Part shown: positions 12,101 through 23,050 of the stretch, one piece after another
How the letters are laid out: each line of letters starts with the position of its first letter
How positions within the stretch are numbered: the stretch's first letter is position 1
NCBI GenBank assembly: GCA_977018835.1
Contig: OZ361259.1
Location: 2,666,001-2,730,000, forward strand
From: Minutocellus sp. GHC0000111
Lineage: Eukaryota
Reading direction: 5' to 3'
Length of the DNA: 64,000 bases
Notes under the pieces: model-generated
Database searches by the model: none
What the model saw: only the letters and a program-made list of their open reading frames with translations
Told to the model about the DNA's origin: nothing
Translations under genes and position numbers: made by a program

Positions 12101-12837
12101 TGTCTTTGGCTGCCTGGTCGACCATCGTTGTTGGGTACCTATTTCCATTTTGCTTCGTTGCGATAATTTTGACTCGAAATGGATACTCTCCGTCAGCTGA
12201 TATCGAAGGTGGAGAAGAAGCGATCAATGCTGCCATTCCAGGAGTTTTCCCGAACTACCACGCCAATTCTGGTGCGCCACCGGGATGTATCGACCGACTT
12301 CAAGTCATCATGTTGCACGAATTCCCAGATGACTATCCCCGGGAATGTTGTATCTGCATGAGTGACTTTTCTGAAGGCGAAGTTATTGTGGTGACGAATT
12401 GCGAACACGTGTTCCACAAAAGATGCTGTCAGGAGTGGCTCCAGCAGGCGAGGACTTGTCCAGTTTGTAGAACTGATCTACCGTCAGCTCTGGGTATGAG
12501 TGAGCATGGAAGTGACGATGGATCATGGGATGGTGATCCATCACGACCCCGCCCAAATCGGCCACCATTGAACCGAGAAGAGTTTCACCAGGAGGTCGTG
12601 TCTCTTCTCCGACTCCTCCGGCAGCACGAAGAGCGCCTGAGAGATCGACTGGCACACCCAGAGGACGAAAGAGAGGACGAAATCGACGCCGATCAACGCA
12701 GCGAGGGAACAACGAGCGACAATATATCTCTACCGCGATCATCTTATGCGAATAGGTCTGGAGACTTAGAGGAGGGAAGAATGGAGCACGAAGAATCGGC
12801 AAGTTTACCAAGCTACCGATCTCGAAGATCTCAGTGA
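9169..12837 (+). CDS. Membrane-bound RING-H2 E3 ubiquitin ligase with a disordered N-terminus of about 850 aa
   Basis: About four TM helices followed by CCICMSDF...CEHVFHKRC...CPVCR (RING-H2). Confidence 0.88.
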   Translation: MRTTTNSDEVPASVGGFHGTTDDSHSQHHNYRQSGTSQAQQQQNTPLMGIAHRHDEALSHNPTPSETLMERRDYGHKEDDTEPLITGTLGASPARSAVDGDIGGADGTSNMPRTILFPESLYGEATEPARPAPQSAATPSTPRKAYGTEEGLMPPPPTSSPSSTRSPSGSARSGQRKRVNSDGSNNSTLLVEMLMRSSLARALRPRVGSSSEFMDERVLHVAENTEVDGHEEPNSDGIDNDASDSDGCAKKHANLSPRYDYNASWNVGGHHHREAADATVATSTTSHTSGVLSEAVAASAAVAAAVNNSDVRPITPSDMVLSASAETSDGNSRSTPQSACSAGHLSRQRRRARPMAESQSSLPSSPIHLIPRRRTRSTPNAGSAYTSHSPNQSSSHRRREYAHQKYHTEGLRGADSVDAVDEFDDVRNISSSAPNTDGDAGENPFNDFDGAPVVPRVGTGLNREDSVRSASTSSSSSITHRRRSRGPGGQVDPSGTTIFGGHSAPSVSSFSGSVSTVTGVSLHPPAQVRTFHHHNSVTRAGENSRTNTSDEIVETNPAARSLRASLDAGMAAISRWARSHAGVAGSAAASAAQAGGHGPPRSSRAATMQLGEEDLFALANAGADPRRSISALEEEQRLGGVGNYGLGGLRVFAPIAEEEDGTGAGGRNRAFSEPDRARVRNFFTRRAANNRGGSPPQRSNPSRLFGTTSGTAQIGGDVISHLSSSTDIASGARTLSTAAMSSSLFHSSSMPPQAAARVMNANANRNIDDQIDLIERGSINNDDSMEDVIDNSSRREANEISRENAIVSSNVSDNRGDSDGDDEDLEPQIPTTRADLDRRARRRWVRINQRFQVLITFVALIFSLILFAVLVCWIVMTSSYVVSIDKPCDVPLKKYFWLATIQLVFDVFRTDIMRHILRWDPNQGQRIPKRVVIYNMAYLIYAICVLRIGVKSVYFSPESTCPDSAPEFFSAAAAFVTLSLAAWSTIVVGYLFPFCFVAIILTRNGYSPSADIEGGEEAINAAIPGVFPNYHANSGAPPGCIDRLQVIMLHEFPDDYPRECCICMSDFSEGEVIVVTNCEHVFHKRCCQEWLQQARTCPVCRTDLPSALGMSEHGSDDGSWDGDPSRPRPNRPPLNREEFHQEVVSLLRLLRQHEERLRDRLAHPEDEREDEIDADQRSEGTTSDNISLPRSSYANRSGDLEEGRMEHEESASLPSYRSRRSQ

Positions 12838-13007
12838 TTTGGAAGTAAAACTGTACCAATACATGTATGTAACTGTAATTTAGTTCTAATAGATAAGCTC
12901 TATCTACCACGCCTCGTGCTCAGCTCTAGCTAGCTAGCTAGCTAGTAGGAAGAGTAGGTTTCTAACATAGAGCAATTCGCTCCACAAGACACAATTGCCG
13001 TACTTTG

Positions 13008-14031
13008 CTACGCAATTTTGATGAATAAATCCAGTTCCTCCAATAATTTTGTCTTTCCTTCTGCACCAAGTGTGCTGGCCTCAATCGCATTTTTCGTGAG
13101 CTGAATGATATCTGCCTTATCCAAGCACAAGTTTTTGCTCGCCTCAATGAAATTCTTGGTTATGTACCCGCCAAAGTACGCCGGATCATCTGAATTGACT
13201 GTTACCAGTACACCTCTATCAAGCATACGCTTCAAATTATGGTCTTTGATGGTGCCAAATACTTTCAGCTTGACATTGGAAATTGGGCAAACATTCAATG
13301 GGATTCTATCCTTGATCAGCCTCTCGACGAGTTCGTCATCCTCGTCACATCTCACACCATGGTCGATGCGGACCACACCGAGTTTGTCTAGTGCATCCCA
13401 CACATATGGCTTCGGCGGTCCTTCTTCGCCAGCATGCGCGACGGCAAAGAACCCCTCCTTCCTTGCCCGCTGAAAGAGCCCTTCGAATTTGACTGGTGGA
13501 TTCCCAACCTCGGCCGAGTCTAAACCGACGCCGACGATTTTGTCCTTGTGACGCAACGCCGCGTCCAATGCTTTCATTCCGTCCTCTTCTGATTTGTCTC
13601 TCAAAATGCACATAATGAGCTTCGAACTAATTCCGTATTTCTTCTCTCCGTCTACTAAGGCAGAATGAATTCCATCCATTGACAACATCATCGAACGGCA
13701 CGCCACGAGCAGTATGTGCCTGCGGGTCAAAGAAGAGCTCGACATGGCGTACATTCTCGTCGTGAGCGCGAGTCAGATAGGCCATTGTAAGGTCGAAGAA
13801 ATCTTGGGTTTGGCAAAGAACAGTGCATCCCATGTAATACAAGTCGAGGAAGGATTGCAAATTGGTGAATTTGTACGCATTGGCAACGGATGAAGCTGTT
13901 TTGTAGGGCAGCGGAACTCCATTCCTCTTGGCGAGCGAGAGGAGCATCGACGGCTCCAAAGTTCCCTCCAAGTGGAGATGGAGCTCCACTTTCGGAATAT
14001 TTCGAATGAAATTAGTGATATCTGCTTCCAT
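13008..14031 (-). CDS. Adenosine/adenine deaminase (ADA family), frameshifted as assembled
   Basis: PKVELHLHLEG, ELFFDPQAH, AHAGE, RIDHG, NSDDPAYFGG are spread over two ORFs. Removing one copy of the CCAT-CCAT duplication (13672-13679) joins them as ...VVNGIHSAL... Confidence 0.88.
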
Positions 14032-14233
14032 GATTTGATTTAATCGTTATCGATTGTACTGTTTGTGTTGTGGGATTACATGTAGCTTGACGTCTTCACG
14101 GAGAGTCGTCAGAATACTAATGGTACATGTAGCCACGACGGGTTCGCAGGCGTCACAGTAGGGTTCGCATCATATTTCTGATACGTCAGAGTATCGTAGA
14201 AGAAGACACCTGGAGAAGAGCAAGACTGAGCTG

Positions 14234-16637
14234 GTGCAGCAAAATGGCGGAAGCAAAAAATCCTGCCGCTCCGCTCCGGACCTCATTTCGTTCGTCTTGA
14301 CTCTCCAGCCCACAGCCGAATGCAGCCGCTTCTCGCCCGTGGTGTTATTGTCATGTCCGGAAGCAGCCGATACAGCAGGTTCAAACAAGCATCGCTCGCA
14401 AGTCTCGAGCGCCTCATCCTTCTCTGCTTCGTCGGCTTCGTCATCTCGCGGGTCGATTGCCATTGCCAAACAAAATCCCTTCGGAATTGTCATCCCATCC
14501 ATCCGCGGTGGCGCTAATCCCTTGCAAATGAGCACTACAGCCGACGCCTCTGTTGCCTCTGCCCTCTCGGCGTCCACCGCCAAGAAGGGCGATGCCAAAC
14601 TGGACGCATTGCGCTCCCTAATGGATCGGGAGGGAATCGACGCCGTCCTAATTCCGAGCGATGATCCGCATCTATCGGAGTACGTCCCGCAGGCCTTCAT
14701 GCGCCGTGGATATCTGACCAACTTCCACGGAAGTGCTGGCACTGCGCTGGTCACGCAGGGCGGAGCCTACCTCTGGACTGACTCGCGCTACTTTAACGAA
14801 GCCAACCTGTCCCTCGATGCCGACCATTGGCAACTGATGAAGCAGGGTCTTCCTAAGGTACCAACGATCACCAAATTTCTCACCGATTTGGCGGAAGAGA
14901 AGCGCAATTGCGGTTCGAACGTTCCCTTGAAGGTTGGTATCGACCCGTACGTCCACCCGGCTTCGTTTGCCAAGGATTTGACCGAGGCCTTTGATGGTGC
15001 CACCAAGGATCTTGGCGATGAAGCCGCATCGTTGGGAGAGATTGTGACTCTGCAGAGGAACCTTGTCGATGAAATCTGGGAGGATCGGCCCGCCGTCCCC
15101 ACCTCTCCCTTCCGAGTCCATCCTCTGGAATATGCTGGCAAGACCGTGGCCGACAAGGTTAATTCCATCCGACAGGAAATGGCTGAGAAGAAGGCGACCA
15201 TGTCGGTGTTCAGTGCTCTTGATGATGTGGCATATCTGCTGAATGTTCGCGCCACCGGTGACGTTGAGACTTGTCCGGTCGGTATTGGATACGTTACCAT
15301 TACGAACGACGAGGTGGCGGTGTACTGCGACCCTGCCAAGCTTGTGGCCGAGGAAGTCCAGACTCACCTCGAGGAGGCCGGTGTTGTTCACAAGTCGTAC
15401 GATGACGTCGTTCCTGCCATTGAGGAGCATGTTGCGGCATCCAAGTCCAACAGAGTGTGGATCGACAAGAGCCGTGCTAACTTTGCTCTTTGTCGTGTCA
15501 TCCCGGAATCCAAGCTGATTGACAATCAGAATGCCGTGACTCCAATGAAGGCTTGCAAGAATGCCGCCGAGATGGAGGGCATGCGACAGGCCCACATCGT
15601 CGATGGTGCCGCCATGGCGCATTTCATGGCGTGGTTGGAACGCACCATTGTTACCGAGGGCAAATCTGTAACGGAAGTGGAGATTGATGAAGTGCTGACT
15701 GGATTTCGTGCGAAACAGCCCGGATTTGTCGAGGTTAGTTTCCCCACTATTGCCGGTGTCGGACCAAATGGCGCCATCATTCACTACCGCGCGACGGAGG
15801 GGACCGATCTCCTCAAGAGTTTGGACATGACCAACCCCATCCTCATCGATTCCGGCGGACAGTATGCTTATGGCACCACCGATGTTACTCGGACCTGGCA
15901 TTTTGGCGAGGCGTCGGAGGAATTCATTGACAACTACACTCGCGTCCTCAAGGGCAATATTGGAGTCGATTCCATGATATTTCCGACGAATACTCCTGGC
16001 TTTGTTTTGGATGCGTTTGCCCGAAAGGCGTTGTGGGAGGCTGGAAGGGACTTTGGACACGGGGTTGGGCATGGAGTCGGTGGTGAGTCCCTCAACTTGA
16101 TTTCTCGTGCATATGCTTTGTTTTGTTTGTGCGGGAGTCAAAAATGTGGAAAAAATTGCAAATCTAAAATTTTTTCTTGTTTTCGAAATTGCCACTTCGC
16201 ACCCCATATTTATTGCAGCCGCTCTCAACGTACACGAGGGTCCTCACTCCATCAGCCCTCGGTGGGCCAACAAGGAGGTGATGAAGAAGGGTATGGTTGT
16301 ATCGAACGAGCCCGGATACTATGAGGATGGCAACTATGGTATTCGTATCGAAAATCTCTTGGAAGTTCGATATGTCGACCCAGCTGATGATGTTGGAGAG
16401 GACGAAGAGCCGCCCGAAAAGCCAGCCGGCCAAAAGACTTTCCTCAAATTTGCCAAGCTAACCATGATTCCTATCCAAAAGAATTTGATTGATACCAAAC
16501 TCATGACAGGTGCTGAGATGGATTGGCTGGACGCGTACCACGAGGAAGTGTTGGAGAAGGTTGCCCCCCTACTCGAGGAGGGAAGCGAGGCGATGGCCTG
16601 GCTCAAGAAATCCTGCGAAAAGATCGATCGATCGTAG
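14234..16637 (+). CDS. Xaa-Pro aminopeptidase P (M24B); intron 16083..16218; start codon uncertain
   Basis: DPHLSEY, WTDSRY, DSGGQY..GTTDVTRT, GHGVGHGVG|AALNVHEGP, SNEPGYY, GIRIEN. A GTGAGT...TGCAG intron restores the frame. First in-frame ATG is at 14528; the upstream Ser-rich stretch looks like a transit peptide. Confidence 0.92.
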
Positions 16638-16799
16638 GTAAAGAAACGATTATGCCAAGTTTACAGCATTCTTTTTACGTAGCTAGCGACTGTCCTCAGA
16701 AGCCACAAAACTGCAAACAAGCAGAGAAAATCCATTTTGTGTCTTTTAATCTAAAATTGATTCATAAAAATATTGGAAAACTGAGGCGTTATCGCTTTA

Positions 16800-17654
16800 T
16801 TATTTTCGATATGGGAAGAAGCATCTATCATCCAAGAACTCCTCCCCGTCGCTGTTGATTACAAAGAGTTCTTGTGCCGACACTTCTCCCTTCTTCTTCA
16901 AAGCATTCGGATCATTACCATCGATACGGATTTTTAACCTGTCTTCGAAGTCGACTGAGTGGCAATACAAGAACCACTGGAGACTATTATCGTCATCATA
17001 CACAAGTAAAAAGCCTTCCGTCTGCGTATCAGAAACTGCCATGCCATATCCAATTGCTTCAACACCAAAGTCGGTCGTTGCAATCCAAATTGGAGTCCAC
17101 CATGGTCTCGCACCCCATTCGTCCGCAACCTCTGGTGTATTTTCGAGCGCCAGCTTCTTCCACAAGCCTAGAACTCCGTACACGTTCATTCCAAACACAT
17201 AATCTCCTGAACACAAACCCTCATCGTACAATATATATTCTCCGCTATTCAATGTGACTGTTCCAGTGCAATTGCGAGGTGGATAGTGTATGACGTCCAC
17301 TGTTGGTTCAAAAGTTTTCGTGGGAGCAAATGTAGGAAATTGGGTCGGATTGTCAGTAGGCGAGCTCGATGGCTTCTTCGACGTTGTTGGTGCTACTGAT
17401 GTTGAAGGAGTCGATGACGGCATTGTCGACAACGAAGGCCGCTGGGATGGTGCTGCTGATGGAGCATCTGCCGACTGGACAGCCGCGCAGCTGGAAATTA
17501 AAAGTAGCGCCACCAGCCACGTGGGACGGGGTATCTCAAAATGGCGTTGCCGGTCCATAACTGAAAATAATTTGGGCATTGGCATTTGAGGCGACTTGAG
17601 AGTGAAGGCTGCTCTAGAGCTACGTAGCACTCTCGTCGACGCGCATCGGCTCAT
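16800..17654 (-). CDS. Secreted or surface protein: signal peptide, Pro/Ser/Thr stalk, C-terminal domain resembling a bulb-type lectin
   Basis: WLVALLLISSCAAVQS signal; PSxxPT repeats; LNSGEY...LCSGDYVFGM..GVLGLW and EGFLLVYDDDNSLQW. The lectin call is tentative. Confidence 0.5.
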   Translation of the reverse strand: MSRCASTRVLRSSRAAFTLKSPQMPMPKLFSVMDRQRHFEIPRPTWLVALLLISSCAAVQSADAPSAAPSQRPSLSTMPSSTPSTSVAPTTSKKPSSSPTDNPTQFPTFAPTKTFEPTVDVIHYPPRNCTGTVTLNSGEYILYDEGLCSGDYVFGMNVYGVLGLWKKLALENTPEVADEWGARPWWTPIWIATTDFGVEAIGYGMAVSDTQTEGFLLVYDDDNSLQWFLYCHSVDFEDRLKIRIDGNDPNALKKKGEVSAQELFVINSDGEEFLDDRCFFPYRK

Positions 17655-17873
17655 TCTCGACGCTCACTCAAATTCAACGGCAACGGCGCTGATCTGACAC
17701 ACAGGGTTGGGCTTCTCAAAAATTTTATCGTTGAAATTTCCGCCTGGCCGTCATCCGTACATGCGTGGTTTTTCTCGCTCTGGATTTCGATTTGGTTCTT
17801 CTCAATCGGACTCGCCTTGACCCTGCCCTGCTCTTCCCTACCGGTAATCAACCGTCGCAACAGCCCAGCCAAG

Positions 17874-19209
17874 ATGTTCTCCGTTGCCACCGCCACCCTT
17901 CGCCGCACGGCGACTCAGAGTCCCAATGCCTACTCGTTCGTCTGCCGGTCCATGTCGTCTCTTCCTGAGACGATGAAGGTGCGTTTATCAAGTCAAGTGC
18001 GCATGCGATGCAACTCATTATTCTCGGAACATACTCGGATGTCACTCTCCCACTCTGTAGTGGAGCTCATGAATTTGTTCATTATGAATGCACCTTTATC
18101 TGATTTTCATCCTCTACTCGTTGTTTCCTCGCCGTTGTCGCTGCTGATGAATGCAATGAACACTCTATGTGCTGGCTGGAACTTGCATCGGTTGTGCCTT
18201 TCGACAGGCCGCTGTCGTCCGTGAGGTTGGTGACGCCCATGCTCTCAAGGTGGAGACCGATTTCCCCACTCCTGCTCTGGAGGCTGGCAAGGTCATCGTG
18301 AAGAACGATTTCGCTGGTATCAACTTCATTGACACGTACCACCGCAAGGGACTGTACGCTCGCGATCTGCCCTTTGTTGGTGGACAGGAGGGTGGCGGAA
18401 CCGTCGCTGCTGTTTCGGATGAGGCTGCCGCCGAGGGAATCAAGGTTGGTGATCGCGTCGCCTATTCGGTCTTTGGTTCGTATGCCGAGTATACGTCGGT
18501 TCCTGCCGCCAAGCTTCTTCCCGTTCCTGAGGGCGTTGGACTTGATACCGCCACGGCTTGCGTTGTGCAGGGCCTCACCGCTCACTACCTGACCAGCTCG
18601 GCGCACGCCGATCTGATCAAGGAGGGAGACTGGTGCCTCATCCATGGCGTCGGTGGTGGAACGTGCCAGTGGGCCGCGCAGATGGCCAAGCTCCGTGGAC
18701 ACAAGGTGATTGGCACCTGCAGCAAGGGCAAGGAGGACATTGCCGCCAAGCTCGGCTGTGACGAGCTTCTTGTTCTCGATGAGGTTCCCGGAACCTCTTA
18801 TGAGGACTACGAATCGATGGACATTGTTTCCAAGGTTATGGAGATTACCGATGGAAAGGGATGCAAGTCCGTCATTGATGGCATCGGCAAGTCGACTGTG
18901 GACATCTCCATCGGTTGTTTGGCCCACCGTGGTATCTTCATCTCGTTCGGCAATGCCTCTGGCGCCGTCCCCGCCTTCCCCGTCCTTCGATTGATCGGAA
19001 AGTCCGCCTACGTTACCCGCCCTAAGCTTTTGGATTACATCACCACTCGAGAGGAATTGGTCACTCGTGCCGATGAGATCTTTGGCTGGCTCAAGGACGG
19101 AAAGCTCAATGTCAGCGTTGACACTACATTCCCTCTGGATCAAGCCGCCGAAGGCCATTTGTATTTGGAGGCTGGCAAGTCCAAGGGCAAGGTCCTCTAT
19201 TCCATCTAA
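17874..19209 (+). CDS. NADPH:quinone oxidoreductase (zeta-crystallin/MDR family) with a mitochondrial-type presequence; intron 17979..18207
   Basis: GINFIDTYHRKGLY, GQEGGG, GLTAHYL, HGVGGG, GNASG, GKSKGKV. Exon 1 (MFSVATATLRRTATQ...ETMK) splices in phase 0. Confidence 0.9.
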
Positions 19210-19604
19210 GCGTGCGTTGAACAGAATGATGATTCACGCGTATAGCTAACAACTAGAGAGCTTCCTTATTGCTTTCGCTGTGATTATCGATTTGCAGAGT
19301 GCAAATTGCGTTGACCCATGAACCCATGAGGTCCGATTGCATGTCTTTCCTTACCAAAATTACCAGTAGAGCAAAGAACTAAAGGAATTCCTATAAAGTC
19401 CAAAGAGTAGACGCTTGCATGAAATATAATGTACTACCAAGTATATATTCTCTATACGTGATTGTCAATCAATATGCATCTTATTGCTATCAAAACTATC
19501 TACTTGGGTGGGAGAGAAATTAGGTTTTCTTCCCACTTCACTATTGTTACAATTTTGTGCTGCACTTAGTTTCGAGCTTGGTTTGGTTCAGTTTCGGTCA
19601 TTGC

Positions 19605-20013
19605 TCATCTTCTGGAGCTGGCAACCTCCTTGGCCGGGGCGGTAGCCTGGGACGGCTTGCCATTGGCGAAGGGGTTACCACTACTCCCATGGCATGCCAT
19701 GTGCCACCTGCGCCTCTTCGAGGGAGATGGCGGGCTTGGTCTTGGCCAGAAGACTCTCGATGGAGATCTTGTCCAAACGGAGCTTGGACTCGAACGAGAG
19801 ACGGGCCTCGATGACGATGGAGTCACCTTCCGTATCCTTGCGGGCGGTGGAAGACGCCACCGCCGGTGAGGAGGACGACACCGACGTGCGCCGCGGAGGA
19901 GAAGTGACGAACGCGTGCGTGGTCGGCGATGGGACGCCGCCCTGCGCAACAAATGCCGATGCCGGCAGGAGCAGGGGGGTGCAGGCGATCAAAGTTCTCT
20001 TTAAGGCGGGCAT
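19605..20013 (-). CDS. Small plastid-targeted protein of unknown function; C-terminus ambiguous (stop at 19681, or frameshifted to 19605)
   Basis: MPALKRTLIACTPLLLPASA-FVA is a classic diatom signal peptide plus ASAF motif, followed by a Ser/Thr/Arg-rich transit peptide. Confidence 0.55.
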
Positions 20014-20462
20014 GGTTGTATTGAGGTTGGATCCTTCCAATTGCGTTGTGGAAGACATGCAGAGGCCGTCGTTCAACCAGACGATCCACCAGCGAAAAGT
20101 TCAAGTCGGAGAAGTTTTGTCGGCGTTGCACGGAATTGGATCACTGCAACTTCCGGGTTTCGGAGAATATTTGTATCGTCTGTCCGTTGACCGTACTTCA
20201 TGCTCTTCTTTTCGGTTTGACGTCGATTCAGCTGGCAACTTCAACAGTGACGATTTTGGACCTTTGCTGGGTGTCGCTTCTTCTTGGCGGTCGCGTCGGT
20301 GGTTGCCATCCATCAGTTCAAACTGCAGATCTGGTGGATGCGAGAGAATTCCTGAGAGAATAGTGTATTCTTCGGTTGGCTGGAAATATTCTCATTGGGG
20401 TTGAAATAGAGGCCGTGCACAAGGTTTTTTAGCCATATCTTTTCGCTTTGCATCAGAAAGCA

Positions 20463-21490
20463 ATGGAAGGTCAATCAGCGCAACCATCCCCGCCGGCGCC
20501 ATCCGTTGGCCCCAAGCACATCAGCAATGATGGGCGGCCAGCTGCCACCTCCGCCGCCAGAAATGATGATGTTGGTTTGGTAGTGGCGAGGGCCAAAAAG
20601 GCCGCCGCATCGTTGTGGATGATGATTCATGCCGAGGTAAGTGCTCTTGTGAGTATGATCTTTCTATTTTTCGGCACATATCTTTCTTCTCTTCCTACCT
20701 TTGCTACCGTTCGATTGATTCTTCGCACAAACGATTTTACCGCTTACTTCGATTCTCGCCACCATGAATTTTTGGTTCTAACTCGACCCTTACCTACCTC
20801 TTCGACCTACCCGCCACTCATCAGAACTGCACCAAAACAATTGAACAATGTCCTCATCGCGCTTCCTGCGGAGAAACAAAGAAGCTCCTGGCTCACGTAC
20901 GTTGCTGTGCCTCCAGCCCAGGATTTGGCTGTCCCGACGGCGTCCGAGGGTGCGACGATGCCAAGAAGCTGCTGGCCCACTACCGCCGATGCCGCGAGAT
21001 ACGGACCCGTCAGGAGGTGGGGAAACAGCTCGACCGACAGGGCGTCGTTCGGAAGGAGCACAACTGCCTGGTGTGCACGTTCCTCGCACGTCATGCTACC
21101 ACCATGCTGGACAAGGCTCTCGCCATCACTTCTGATAACGTCGCTCCTCGGGAAAACAACAGCATCAACAAGCATGGATGCCCCAAAACTTTGCCACGAG
21201 GAAGCAGCCTCTCCCGTGCGTCTCAATTGGCCAACACTCTTCACGAAGCGAGTAGGCAGCGATCGGGTAGCTGTCCCGAAAAGAACACCGCCAATTTATC
21301 ATCAACATCAGCAGTCGACAACAACTCCGTCAAGTCTACGCCGTCCTCACGGCAACGGAGTGCCTCGTGCAGTATTCTCCTGAGCAAATCATCGAGCCGT
21401 CTAACTTGTGGAGGTTGCGACACTATTGCAGAGGAAGAAGATAACGACGCCAGTGCCGACTCTCTACAGGGACTTGCAGAAGTGCGATAG
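20463..21490 (+). CDS. TAZ-type zinc-finger protein; intron 20637..20824
   Basis: Spliced translation: MIHAE|NCTKTIEQCPHRASCGETKKLLAHVRCC...CPDGVRGCDDAKKLLAHYRRC...CLVC. GTAAGT...TCAG intron in phase 0. Confidence 0.8.
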
Positions 21491-21621
21491 ATTGATCAGG
21501 CCAAGTCGTCATGATCATTTTGTGGTTGTCATTTGTACGCTAGCTAGCTAGAGCCAATATCGCGCTCACGAAATATGTACACTATTATAGACTGTCGTGT
21601 CCGACTTTTTGATTTACTTCT

Positions 21622-22680
21622 CTATGTATATGTGTATTCTGTGCGTGAGTTGAGTTCAAATATCGAGAGAGGGGAAGTGCTGGAGGTTATCATTTCAAGT
21701 TTCACAAAATTTCTATGGAACCCATCTTCATACGGCTTCCTCCTCAGCCTCGTTTCACTCAGGCTTTTTCTATCAGAATTTTGTATCGAAGGCTTGTATT
21801 CGTACTTCTCCAAGTCCAGAAATATTGTTCGTTTGAGGTACTTTGGTACATATTTGTAGCCCACAAATGGAATCAGAATGGAAGTGTTCTCCCGATATCT
21901 TGCGTATTCATCTGGACACGCGTCGTAATAACGCTTCAGATTCTTTCCGTTCGCATTCATTACACCCGTACCACCGGTATTTTGCAAAATATGCATGGTG
22001 AAGAGAGGTGACAAAATACTGAAGAACCATTGATAATTGAAGCTTTCACCACTGCAGCTTCCGTAAGCGAAAAGCCAGGCAGACCACCATTGCAGCATTT
22101 CTCCGAAGTAATTCGGGTGGCGGGACAACTTCCAGACGCCAACCTGACAGAAGGTGCCTTGTCTACCCTTCTTGACCCATCTTGCTTTCTGGACGTCAGC
22201 AAGGACCTCAAATACAACCCCACAGGCCCAAGCAGCAATCGATATGGTGTCCAGTGCGGAGAATTCCTTCGGTTCGCCAGCTACAGCGTTGACAAAGACA
22301 GCTGGCATCGAGATGGTAAACACCCACACGCCCTGCACAGTCCAATACAGAAGAAAGAGACCGAATTTGTTCTTGACGCCGTCAAATCGAGAATCTCCGC
22401 CCCTCTCGTGTGCACGCCATGCGAGGAAGATCAGCAACCATGCCCGGGAGCAGGAGAAGACAATGGTGTTGGCTACCTTGCGTCCATCGTTGGCCCATAG
22501 CAGATCATTGTCAAAGTCTTGGCCAGCATACGCAGAATACGCGCCCAGAACCAGAACATTAATTCCACCTAGAATAACATAAAAGACCTCAGTCTGGAGC
22601 TGATAGGCAGCAGCGAATCCAAGGAGCTGGATGCAGGCCGTTATGCCGGCGCAAATGCCGAGAATTGCCGACGATGACAT
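21622..22680 (-). CDS. DUF1295 / steroid 5-alpha-reductase-like membrane protein
   Basis: GGDSRFD, WTVQGVW, EVLADVQK, GVWKLSRHPNYFGE, YARYRENTSILIP. The ATG at 22680 precedes the first TM helix. Confidence 0.85.
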   Translation of the reverse strand: MSSSAILGICAGITACIQLLGFAAAYQLQTEVFYVILGGINVLVLGAYSAYAGQDFDNDLLWANDGRKVANTIVFSCSRAWLLIFLAWRAHERGGDSRFDGVKNKFGLFLLYWTVQGVWVFTISMPAVFVNAVAGEPKEFSALDTISIAAWACGVVFEVLADVQKARWVKKGRQGTFCQVGVWKLSRHPNYFGEMLQWWSAWLFAYGSCSGESFNYQWFFSILSPLFTMHILQNTGGTGVMNANGKNLKRYYDACPDEYARYRENTSILIPFVGYKYVPKYLKRTIFLDLEKYEYKPSIQNSDRKSLSETRLRRKPYEDGFHRNFVKLEMITSSTSPLSIFELNSRTEYTYT

Positions 22681-23050
22681 GGTGGCTTGGCCGTGTGCTG
22701 GCTGAATGTGAAGGACCCGTCGTAACCAAAGTACAGACAGAACGCTCAGAAGAAGCAAAACGCGATTTTGGAATGAGTTTGGATCACAGCTGGGAGAAGG
22801 CGAAGCCGCTATTCGTGCAACCAACACCCTTTGCTGGTCAGCAAAATGAGTCGGGATACAACCGCCGCTTCTCTCTTGTTCTTTGCTGCTGCTGCTGCTG
22901 CTGCTGCTTTGGTACATGCCGGTCGGCGTCATTTTCCTGTTCGAGACATGCTGTCGAGTGAGTCCCACCTGCGTCAGAACGCCGCGCCATGGCCTCCGCT
23001 CCGTGAGATGTGATGCCGGTAGCCTCAACGCAGTTACATCAACCAGCACC

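Noticed and set aside
14672..16228. 518-aa antisense ORF, and similar long antisense ORFs at 18082..19158, 27727..28659 and 36572..38008
   Set aside because: They mirror well-supported genes in GC-rich, codon-biased DNA and show no protein motifs.
19681..19710. HGMPWE as a truncated pebA paralogue (compare SMPWKES)
   Set aside because: Only a 3-residue match, with no other bilin reductase motif downstream.
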